From contig CAZSWP010000051.1 of NCBI GenBank assembly GCA_964610875.1, positions 1 to 20,827 on the forward strand: DNA of 20,827 nucleotides. The letters run 5' to 3'. Each line of letters starts with the position of its first letter. Positions within the stretch are counted from its first letter, which is position 1. Below the pieces are notes generated by a model. That model saw nothing but the letters and a program-made list of their open reading frames with translations. It was not told the origin of the DNA and ran no database searches. Below, one piece after another: positions 9,767 to 17,492 of the stretch. Both the position numbers and the translations under genes were made by a program. Source of the stretch: an uncultured archaeon (lineage in GTDB: Archaea; Asgardarchaeota; Thorarchaeia; Thorarchaeales; Thorarchaeaceae).

Positions 9767-11752
9767 CTATAGTCTCTCTTCGATGAGAGATTCAACTACA
9801 CTTGAGTCCGCCAGAGTTGTGACATCACCGATATCATCAATCTTACCTGCTGCAATGCGCTTGAGGATTCTTCGCATGATCTTTCCTGACCTTGTCTTGG
9901 GCAGGGCATCAGCGAACTGAATTTTTGCAGGGGTTGCAATCGGACCGATTTCGGAACGGACATGTTTTCGCAGTTCTTGGCGCAGTTCTTCCGTCTTTTC
10001 CACACCCATCTTCAATGTGGCAAAGACGTAGATGTCCTCACCCTTGATTTCGTGTGGGAAGCCAACGACTGCACATTCTGCAACAGCTGGATGCTTGACA
10101 AGTGCGCTCTCAATCTCTGCTGTACCAAGTCTGTGACCGGACACTTTCAGGACATCATCAAGACGACCCATGACGAAGTAATAACCATCATCATTGAAGC
10201 GTGAACCATCACCAGTGTAGTACATTGGGTCTCCAGTTTCTGGGTCCTTGAACTGTACCCAGTAGGTGTCGATGAACCTCTTGTGGTCACCATAGACTGT
10301 TCTCATGAGACCTGGCCATGGTTTTTTCATACAGAGGTAACCACCCTCATTTGCGCCAACTGGCTTACCAGCTTCGTCTACTATGAGAGGCTCTAAACCA
10401 AAGTATGGGAAGGTGGCACTGCCCGGAATCGTTACATCAGCACCCGGTAATGGAGTGATTATCACACCGCCGGTTTCAGTCTGCCAGTAAGTATCCACAA
10501 TTGGGCATTTCTCTTTACCAACGACTTCATGATACCAAAGCCAAGCGGCGGGATTAATCGGCTCACCGACAGTACCGAGCAGGTTCAATGAGGATAAATC
10601 ATGCTTCTCAACTGGCTCGTCACCGAAACGCATGAGTGCACGGATAGCGGTGGGAGCGGTGTAGAACTGGTTGACCTTCCAATGCTCGACTTCTAACCAG
10701 AAGCGGTCATTATCTGGAAAAGTTGGCGTGGATTCATACATTAAGCTTGTAGCACCAGCAGATAGTGGCCCGTACACAATATAGGAGTGGCCTGTGATCC
10801 AACCAATGTCAGCCGTACACCAGTAGACATCACCAGGATGCCAGTCAAAGATGTGTAAGAATGTGTGAGTTGTGTAGACCATGTATCCACCAACAGTGTG
10901 GAGGACACCCTTTGGCTTACCAGTTGAACCGGATGTGTAGAGGATGAATAATGGGTCCTCTGCGTTCATCCATTCGGTCTCGCATTCATCGCTGGCCTTC
11001 TCCATCTCTTCATGGTACCAGACATCACGACCGTCTTTCATATTAACGTCAACACCGGCTCTCTTGACAACAAGTACCTTCTCGACGAAGTCAATATCGT
11101 CAACGACCGGGTCTGCGTTGCTCTTTTGTGGGATGGTCTTACCTGCACGGAAGTAACCATCAGCAACAACTACTACTTTACCTTCACAGTCAAGGATTCT
11201 GTCCTTGAGTGAGTCAGCAGTGAAACCACCAAACACAATGCTGTGGACCGCACCAATCTTGACACATGCGAGCATAATAATGGCGAGCTCAGGAATCATG
11301 GGTAGATACATAGTAACCCTGTCGCCTTTCTCGACACCAAGGCTCTTCAATACATTTGCAGCCTTGTTAACCTCAGTTTGTAGCTGCTTGTAGGTGTAGG
11401 TCTTTGATTCATCGAGGGGTTCGCCCTGCCAGATGAGTGCAACCTGCTCACCCTTGCCTGCTTCAATGTGCTTGTCGATACAGTTGTAGGCCATATTTGT
11501 GACGCCGTCTTCGAACCAACTGTAGCGGATTTTGTCCATGTCTAGCCATTTGAATCCGACAGTAGGTTCTTTCTTCCAATAGCATAATTCTTTAGCAGCC
11601 TTAAGCCAGAATTCATCTGGGTTTTCCACAGACTCCTTCCAGATCTTCATTCGTTCTTCATGGCTCTTTACATAAGCCTTCTTAACGAAAGAGTCCGGAG
11701 GTGGAAAACGCCTCTCTTCTTGGCTTGTGACTGTGATTTTGTCTTCAGACAT
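9767..11752 (-). CDS. acs: Acetyl-CoA synthetase (AMP-forming acetate--CoA ligase)
   Basis: YTSGSTGKPKG, TADIGWITGHSY, VGEPIN, DTYWQTETGG, GRLDDVLKVSGHRLGTAEIES, LPKTRSGKIMRR. ATG 11752 (MSEDK) follows GGAGA; ORF is open to 11821. Confidence 0.97.
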   Translation of the reverse strand: MSEDKITVTSQEERRFPPPDSFVKKAYVKSHEERMKIWKESVENPDEFWLKAAKELCYWKKEPTVGFKWLDMDKIRYSWFEDGVTNMAYNCIDKHIEAGKGEQVALIWQGEPLDESKTYTYKQLQTEVNKAANVLKSLGVEKGDRVTMYLPMIPELAIIMLACVKIGAVHSIVFGGFTADSLKDRILDCEGKVVVVADGYFRAGKTIPQKSNADPVVDDIDFVEKVLVVKRAGVDVNMKDGRDVWYHEEMEKASDECETEWMNAEDPLFILYTSGSTGKPKGVLHTVGGYMVYTTHTFLHIFDWHPGDVYWCTADIGWITGHSYIVYGPLSAGATSLMYESTPTFPDNDRFWLEVEHWKVNQFYTAPTAIRALMRFGDEPVEKHDLSSLNLLGTVGEPINPAAWLWYHEVVGKEKCPIVDTYWQTETGGVIITPLPGADVTIPGSATFPYFGLEPLIVDEAGKPVGANEGGYLCMKKPWPGLMRTVYGDHKRFIDTYWVQFKDPETGDPMYYTGDGSRFNDDGYYFVMGRLDDVLKVSGHRLGTAEIESALVKHPAVAECAVVGFPHEIKGEDIYVFATLKMGVEKTEELRQELRKHVRSEIGPIATPAKIQFADALPKTRSGKIMRRILKRIAAGKIDDIGDVTTLADSSVVESLIEERL

Positions 11753-11811
11753 CTGAATTAGTCTCCAATAGAAGCGTATACTCTTCTTTGAGGGGGCGAA
11801 AAAACTCGTGA

Positions 11812-11818
11812 TTATAAA
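11812..11818 (-). promoter_or_regulatory. Candidate TATA box of acs
   Basis: TTTATAA on the minus strand, 60-66 nt upstream of ATG 11752. Confidence 0.55.
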
Positions 11819-12044
11819 CATTGTCCACGCACTGTTTATTTCCCGGAGATGTATACAAATCGTCGAACTACTTTTCGCTTCTTTACGAACTTGAATGACA
11901 AGGATGTGACAGCAAAGTACAGAATTTTTGTCCAGTACTTGTCATCAACGTTGTACTTAACAAAAGTGAAATGAAATTGAAATTCATTTTTTGGGTATTT
12001 TCACTGAATAAACTAAATCACAGACTACCAAAACCAATTGTGTG

Positions 12045-12084
12045 AAAAAAGAGAATATCGGCAGGGACCTGCTGGTCCCATGCC
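12045..12084 (-). terminator. Terminator of the OFA-family MFS gene
   Basis: GC-rich stem GGCA-GGGACC/GGTCCC-A-TGCC (12060-12084), then TTCTCTTTTTT on the minus strand. Confidence 0.65.
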
Positions 12085-12097
12085 AAAGTGAATAGTT

Positions 12098-13411
12098 CTA
12101 TTCTGGAGTTACTGGTGTTGCTACTGTTCCTCCTTCTTCCTTCTGACGGACTGAGCGTAGAACAAAAATAAGGATCAGTGAGATCATAGCCAGTATTCCA
12201 GTCAGGACAAATGCCATCAAGTAGCTACCTGTGAAGTCCACAATGAGACCTGCAACAAGTGCACCTACAATGCCTGCAATACCATAGGCTGTGAAGACCA
12301 CACCGTAGTTCTTACCCACGTGCTTTGAGCCAAAGTAATCTGCTGTGGATGATGGGAACAAAGCGAAGTTACCACCGAAGCAGAAGCCAGTGATTGAGGC
12401 AAAGATGGTGACATAGATCCAAATACCCTCTGTTGGAGTTTCAGTGAATGTTGAAGTCCATGCAAGACCAAACATCGAGATGATGAGGAAGAGGAACATC
12501 AACATCATGGTATTGACACGTCCAATCTTATCAGAGGTTGCACCCCAGATTATTCTGCCCGCAGCATTAAAGATGGACATGATACCGCCAATCAATGGAG
12601 CAAGCAGGAGTGGTCCAACTAATGGATCTACAGCGAGCGCAGCGCTTTTCACATTACCAAGAGTCATGAGTCCAGCTGTGGCTGCAAAGACAAACATAAG
12701 CCAGAGAAGCCAGAACGAACTGGTCCTGATCATCTCTCCAGGCATGATTCCCTCACCTGATGCATCAGCTGTGGTTGGTGGTGGTGTGAATCCCTCTGGA
12801 AGCCAACCCTCTGGGGGATTGACAAGAAGTTGTGAACCGAGGACAACACCGATGAGGTAAATTATTCCTAAAATCAGAAAAGCTGTGCCTACATAACCAC
12901 CATAGATAGTGACAATGAGGAACTCTTCGATATAGAGGAAAACTAATGCTCCTGCACCAAAACCTGCAACTGCAATGCCAGTGATAGAACCCTTCTTGTC
13001 AGGGAACCATTTGACGAGTGCTGCAATTGGGCAGACATATGCAAATCCAATACCTGCTCCTCCTACAAGACCGTAGGTGAGAATGAGGTAGAGAGTACCC
13101 ATTGTAGCATCAAGTACGAGAGTATCAATCAGTGACGCAAGTATATATCCGGCACCTAACAGAACTCCTCCTAATGTGGCTACCTTTCGTGGTCCAATGT
13201 TATCCTGCAAACGCCCTGCAAATATCATGAACAGAGCGAAGAAGAAGAGACCTGCAGCAAATGGAAGCTGCGTATTGAAGGATGGCCAGTTGTAGGTTCC
13301 TCCTGTGAGTGCCGTCTGGAAGATTGACCATGCGTAGATTGTACCAAGACAGACTTGAACAATCAATGCACCGACAATCACCAAGTAACGATTACCGATT
13401 TTTTCAGACAT
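12098..13411 (-). CDS. OFA (oxalate:formate antiporter/monocarboxylate) family MFS transporter
   Basis: CLGTIYAWSIF, AGRLQDNIGPR, KWFPDKKGSITGIAVAGFGAG, FNAAGRIIWGATSDKIGR, GFCFGGNFALFP, YFGSKHVGKNYG are typical OFA-family segments; AGGAG SD. Confidence 0.92.
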   Translation of the reverse strand: MSEKIGNRYLVIVGALIVQVCLGTIYAWSIFQTALTGGTYNWPSFNTQLPFAAGLFFFALFMIFAGRLQDNIGPRKVATLGGVLLGAGYILASLIDTLVLDATMGTLYLILTYGLVGGAGIGFAYVCPIAALVKWFPDKKGSITGIAVAGFGAGALVFLYIEEFLIVTIYGGYVGTAFLILGIIYLIGVVLGSQLLVNPPEGWLPEGFTPPPTTADASGEGIMPGEMIRTSSFWLLWLMFVFAATAGLMTLGNVKSAALAVDPLVGPLLLAPLIGGIMSIFNAAGRIIWGATSDKIGRVNTMMLMFLFLIISMFGLAWTSTFTETPTEGIWIYVTIFASITGFCFGGNFALFPSSTADYFGSKHVGKNYGVVFTAYGIAGIVGALVAGLIVDFTGSYLMAFVLTGILAMISLILIFVLRSVRQKEEGGTVATPVTPE

Positions 13412-13529
13412 TATAGTCTTCTCCTAGAAGAACTTCTAGTATCTATACAGGCGACGGAAAAAACCTGTCTAAAAGCCTTACTACCGATGGGACTATGCTG
13501 ATCTGACCTACTCTTTTTTGTTCCGTTTG

Positions 13530-13670
13530 GGCTCTGTAGAAAAAGTCTGGTCTATGTCAGATGGAATCATCATTTAGCTTACAATATCTCAATAATTCAC
13601 AAAATAACTACATAAATCGTCTAACAAAAGGGGTATAATCTAAATGATATCCGAATTATTCTACAGAGCC
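13530..13670. mobile_element. 141-bp MITE with 18-bp terminal inverted repeats (IS5 family, IS903-group-like) and 9-bp target-site duplication
   Basis: Left end GGCTCTGTAGAAAAAGTC vs reverse complement of right end GGCTCTGTAGAATAATTC (16/18, outer 12 identical); TTCCGTTTG directly flanks both ends (13521-13529, 13671-13679). Confidence 0.85.
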
Positions 13671-13708
13671 TTCCGTTTGGAAACGCATATAGGATAGACA
13701 CGCTTTCT

Positions 13709-15622
13709 TTGCATAAGACACATGAGGTGAACCAGCTGTCAAAACAGAAGTGGACTGAGAAGTACAAGAGTAAAATTCTGACTCCTGAAGGAGCTATTAA
13801 GAAGATTAAGAGGGGACAACGCATCTTTCTTGGAACTGGTTGTGGTGTACCCTATCATCTGGTACAAAAACTAGCAAAATTTGCAGACCGCATGTCTGAT
13901 AATGAGATTGTCCATCTATTGACGCTGGGTGATACTCCCTCAGCTGACAAAAAATTTCAGACGCAGTATCGACATAACACCTTCTTTGTTTCTGAGAACA
14001 TCCGAGAAGCAATTGCAGAGGGAAGGGCCGATTACACCCCTATCATGTTGTCCGACATTCCACGACTCTTTCGTTCAAAGAAGATGCCACTTGATGTTGC
14101 GCTCATACAAGTGACTCCTCCCGATGAACATGGATATGTTTCACTAGGTATCTCCGTTGATATGACAAAAGCAGGTGCTGAGAGTGCTGACCTTGTCATT
14201 GCACAGGTCAATGAGAATATGCCAATCACACACGGCGACTCCTTCCTAAGTGTCAGAGATATCGATTATCTAGTTCCATACACCGAACCATTGCGTGAGT
14301 TTCAGGCAGATGCTGGAGATGAAACTATCACTAAAATTGGCGAATATGTTGCTCGTTTGATTGAAAACGAATCAACTCTTGAACTCGGTATTGGTGCCCT
14401 TCCACAAGCTGTTGCAGATAGTCTGCTTGAAACCGGTGTACAAGACCTCGGCATTCACACTGAGATGTTTAGCGACAGTCTAATTCCTCTAATTGAGAGA
14501 GGGATAATTACTAATAGAAAGAAATCAATTAATCGTGGCAAGACCGTTGCTAGTTTTGCTATGGGTACAGAGAAAATCTATGATTTCATACACGATAATC
14601 CAGGATTCGCTTTTTATCCCTCCGAATATGTAAATGATCCATATGTCATTGGACAGAACAAGAAGATGGTTGCAATCAACTCTGCTCTTGAAGTGGACCT
14701 CACTGGTCAAGTCTGTGCAGACTCTATTGGCCATAAATTCTATAGTGGGATTGGCGGACAGGTTGACTTTATCCGTGGAGCGTCACGTTCAGAAGGTGGA
14801 AAAGCAATCATTTGTATGCGTTCCACTGCTCAGGATGAGAAAGTGTCACGTATTGTTCCTCGATTGAGTGAAGGTGCCGGTGTTGTGACCACGCGTGGTG
14901 ACGTAGATGTCATCATAACAGAGTTTGGTCTTGCAACATTGCATGGAAAGACCATTCGTGAACGAGTGCTCTCACTCATTGCAATTGCTCACCCCGATTT
15001 CAGAAATGAACTTCTTGAAGCTGCAAAAACGATGCGTTATGTATTCGAAGACCAAGTACCATTTAAAGCAACAGGTACGTATTTCTCTTCAGAATATGAA
15101 ACTCAAGAAACCTTCAAAGGTCCTGATGGCCCTGTGAATGTTCATTTCAGACTTATTCGTCCAGATGACAGTGATAGGATAAAGGAACTCTTCTATGATC
15201 TCTCTGAAGAATCTATATTCTTCAGATTCCTCACACCGCTCAGGAGTTTGCGAAGACAGACCCTTCAGGACTTTTATGATGTTGACCAAGATAGGGATGT
15301 TTCTATCGTTGCAGTAATCCGTCCTGATGAAGAAGCAGAAACCGATAGGATCATAGGTGCTGGAAGGTACTTGCTAGACAGAAGTACGAACAAGGCCGAG
15401 TTCGCATTGCTGGTTCAGGATGAGTATCAAAGCAAAGGGATTGGTACATTTCTACTGAACCACCTCATGCGTATTGCAAAGAGTAAGGGTGTTGAAGCCT
15501 TCATTGCATTTGTACATCCTAGAAATCAACCAATGATACGATTCCTACATAAGACTGGAAAAGTGGTGGAAAGTAAGCTTAACCTTGCTGATGATGAGTA
15601 CATCTTTACGCTTCAGCTATGA
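13709..15622 (+). CDS. Acetyl-CoA hydrolase/CoA-transferase fused to a C-terminal Pat-type GNAT acetyltransferase
   Basis: ELGIGALPQAV, GIHTEM (catalytic Glu position), EVDLTGQVCADS, SGIGGQVDF, GAGVVTTRGDV; C-terminal FRLIRPDD...LSEESIFFRF...AEFALLVQDEYQSKGIGT. True start may be GTG 13727 or CTG 13736. Confidence 0.93.
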   Translation: MHKTHEVNQLSKQKWTEKYKSKILTPEGAIKKIKRGQRIFLGTGCGVPYHLVQKLAKFADRMSDNEIVHLLTLGDTPSADKKFQTQYRHNTFFVSENIREAIAEGRADYTPIMLSDIPRLFRSKKMPLDVALIQVTPPDEHGYVSLGISVDMTKAGAESADLVIAQVNENMPITHGDSFLSVRDIDYLVPYTEPLREFQADAGDETITKIGEYVARLIENESTLELGIGALPQAVADSLLETGVQDLGIHTEMFSDSLIPLIERGIITNRKKSINRGKTVASFAMGTEKIYDFIHDNPGFAFYPSEYVNDPYVIGQNKKMVAINSALEVDLTGQVCADSIGHKFYSGIGGQVDFIRGASRSEGGKAIICMRSTAQDEKVSRIVPRLSEGAGVVTTRGDVDVIITEFGLATLHGKTIRERVLSLIAIAHPDFRNELLEAAKTMRYVFEDQVPFKATGTYFSSEYETQETFKGPDGPVNVHFRLIRPDDSDRIKELFYDLSEESIFFRFLTPLRSLRRQTLQDFYDVDQDRDVSIVAVIRPDEEAETDRIIGAGRYLLDRSTNKAEFALLVQDEYQSKGIGTFLLNHLMRIAKSKGVEAFIAFVHPRNQPMIRFLHKTGKVVESKLNLADDEYIFTLQL

Positions 15623-15728
15623 CATCACAAATAGATATGTCGGATTTGGGCTGGACGACCATCGACATGTATTGTTTCGAGAAATGTGGTACTGAATCCT
15701 TTACAAACTCGTGCCAGTCTTCCAATAT

Positions 15729-15798
15729 CGTCCCTCTCAGTTTGAAATAGAGGGGACGTATGGTATCAATTGATGCGGTTGCGGAACAGTTAGCAACC
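15729..15798. terminator. Two hairpins between convergent genes
   Basis: CGTCCCTCT/AGAGGGGACG (15729-15758) and GGTTGC/GCAACC (15777-15798); no clear downstream T-tract. Confidence 0.3.
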
Positions 15799-15814
15799 CA
15801 AGAAAAGACGACTA

Positions 15815-16246
15815 CTAAGACATAGGTCTAATTCCCTTGTATACACCTTCAATCCATTCATCATACACATCAGTAGTTTTCAGGCCATCGATGCGTGCCA
15901 CTGGCCTATTCTTCTTGAAGGCGATGACTAACGGAACGCTATAGATTTTATGTTGATCAAGAACCTCCTCTTCTACATCATCAGTATTGATTTTTCCAAA
16001 GAATACTTTTTTGTCATATTGTTTTGCCAGACAATCCAGAATAGACAAAGCCTGTGCACAGTATTGGCAAGTTGTGTGATAGAATATGACCACAGCTGTG
16101 TTAGTCCCGCCAATAACGGTTGCATAATTTTCCTGGTTAAGCTCTTCTACTCTGCCTGTTGCAGTAGGGTCTTCTCCTCCCTCAAGTTTTCTCTCTAAAC
16201 TTTTCGAGAGTGCGTCAAATCCAAAATCTGATTTCTCTTCATCCAT
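15815..16246 (-). CDS. Thioredoxin family protein (CQYC)
   Basis: VVIFYHTTCQYC, FGKINTD, IYSVPLVIAFK (cis-Pro loop), RIDGLK. Confidence 0.88.
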   Translation of the reverse strand: MDEEKSDFGFDALSKSLERKLEGGEDPTATGRVEELNQENYATVIGGTNTAVVIFYHTTCQYCAQALSILDCLAKQYDKKVFFGKINTDDVEEEVLDQHKIYSVPLVIAFKKNRPVARIDGLKTTDVYDEWIEGVYKGIRPMS

Positions 16247-16267
16247 CTGAAGGTCCTTCTATTTTCA

Positions 16268-16506
16268 ACTCTGTTATTATAGCTCTCTGAACGTATAAGT
16301 TCAGTGTTGAAGGTTGAGAAACTTAGGTAAAGGCTATAGGGTTTCTAACAGCTACATGAAACCTACACAAACCTGGTTCCTTTACTGAACCAGTAAAGGA
16401 TACCGTTATAGATACAACGGAATCTGGACGGCTTGGTATGAGGACGATGGTTCACACCAAGATGAATCATCTAATACCTGAAGATGAATTCAGAGCTAAA
16501 CAGAGT
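16268..16506 (-). ncRNA. Candidate structured RNA or leader upstream of the thioredoxin gene
   Basis: Five internal hairpins enclosed by a long-range stem; three stem mismatches are A.C on plus, i.e. G-U on minus. No known family recognised. Confidence 0.35.
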
Positions 16507-16647
16507 AACTAAAAATCCGTTTCATGTCTATTTGTTCATAGGAGTTAGTTAAAGAATGTTACAAAATGTAACTACATGGCATAAGATTCATTAAAACTGT
16601 ATCCTGAGAACTGATTGTCTTTTGAAAAACTAAGAAGGTCTGAAAAA

Positions 16648-17085
16648 ATGGCACGAATATGTGTTACCTCAACTGGAAATTCTCTTGATTCACCTATGGA
16701 TTCGCGTTTTGGAAGATGCGCATATTTCATAATTGTTGACACTGAAACTATGGACTTCAAAGCCGTACCAAATGCTGCGATTTCCGCATCAGGTGGTGCT
16801 GGAATTCAAGCTGCACAAACAGTTTCCGCAGAAGGAGCTACAGCTGTTATCACTGGTCGATTTGGACCAAATGCACATTCTGCTCTTGGTACAGCTGGAA
16901 TTCAGATGCTCTCTGGTATCTATGAGACTGTCAGAGACGCAGTGAATGCCTATAAATCAGGACAAGTATCTAGTGTTTCAGCTCCTGGTCCATCCCATTA
17001 TGGCATGGGTATGGGTGGCGGCCGAGGTGGCGGTCGTGGTGGTGGCAGAGGCGGCGGCCGAGGTGGCGGCGGTAGATGGGGGTAA
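16648..17085 (+). CDS. NifB/NifX family (FeMo-cofactor-binding fold) protein with Gly/Arg-rich tail
   Basis: MARICVTS...DSRFGRCAYFIIVD...GGAGIQAAQ...VITGRFGPNA; C-terminal (GGGR)x4. Confidence 0.9.
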   Translation: MARICVTSTGNSLDSPMDSRFGRCAYFIIVDTETMDFKAVPNAAISASGGAGIQAAQTVSAEGATAVITGRFGPNAHSALGTAGIQMLSGIYETVRDAVNAYKSGQVSSVSAPGPSHYGMGMGGGRGGGRGGGRGGGRGGGGRWG

Positions 17086-17093
17086 ACACGCCA

Positions 17094-17468
17094 ATGAAGC
17101 AGCGTGTGCTGATTCCTACAGAAGATCAAGATGGAACAATAATTGCTGCTCACTTTGGTAGAGCACCATTCTTCACATTGTTTGATATGGATGAAGATGG
17201 TTCTGTACTAAACAAAGAAGTGCGACCAAATACTGGAGAACATAGAGGTGGAAAGGGATTCGCTCACGATAATGTAGTAGGCTTCTCTCCAACTATCATT
17301 ATTGTCTTAGGTATGGGTCCTCGAGGAGTAGCTAATTTTCAGAGCCAGAATATTGCTGTTCTGAAAGCAAATAGTACTTCTATTGAGCAGGTTCTCACTG
17401 CATACAAAAACAATGAGATCGCTGAACTGACTGAGGGATGCAGAGACGCCCGTCATCATAGCTATTGA
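17094..17468 (+). CDS. NifB/NifX family protein
   Basis: HFGRAPFFTLFD, IIVLGMGPRG, C-terminal GCRDARHH. ATG 17094 preferred over 17076. Confidence 0.88.
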   Translation: MKQRVLIPTEDQDGTIIAAHFGRAPFFTLFDMDEDGSVLNKEVRPNTGEHRGGKGFAHDNVVGFSPTIIIVLGMGPRGVANFQSQNIAVLKANSTSIEQVLTAYKNNEIAELTEGCRDARHHSY

Positions 17469-17492
17469 TTCTCTATCTGGTTGGTGAAAGGA

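Noticed and set aside
11891-12005. Inverted repeats ATGACAAG/CTTGTCAT, AAGTAC/GTACTT and AGTGAAA/TTTCACT upstream of acs
   Set aside because: Short, AT-rich, partly mutually exclusive, with long loops and no target duplication; not distinguishable from chance.
16314-16481. Plus-strand frame with one internal TGA (16386): MRNLGKGY...WFLY*TSKGYRYRYNGIWTAWYEDDG..., considered as a selenoprotein or DGR template
   Set aside because: No redox-motif context or recognisable selenoprotein family, no convincing SECIS, and no reverse transcriptase or matching variable repeat in the window.
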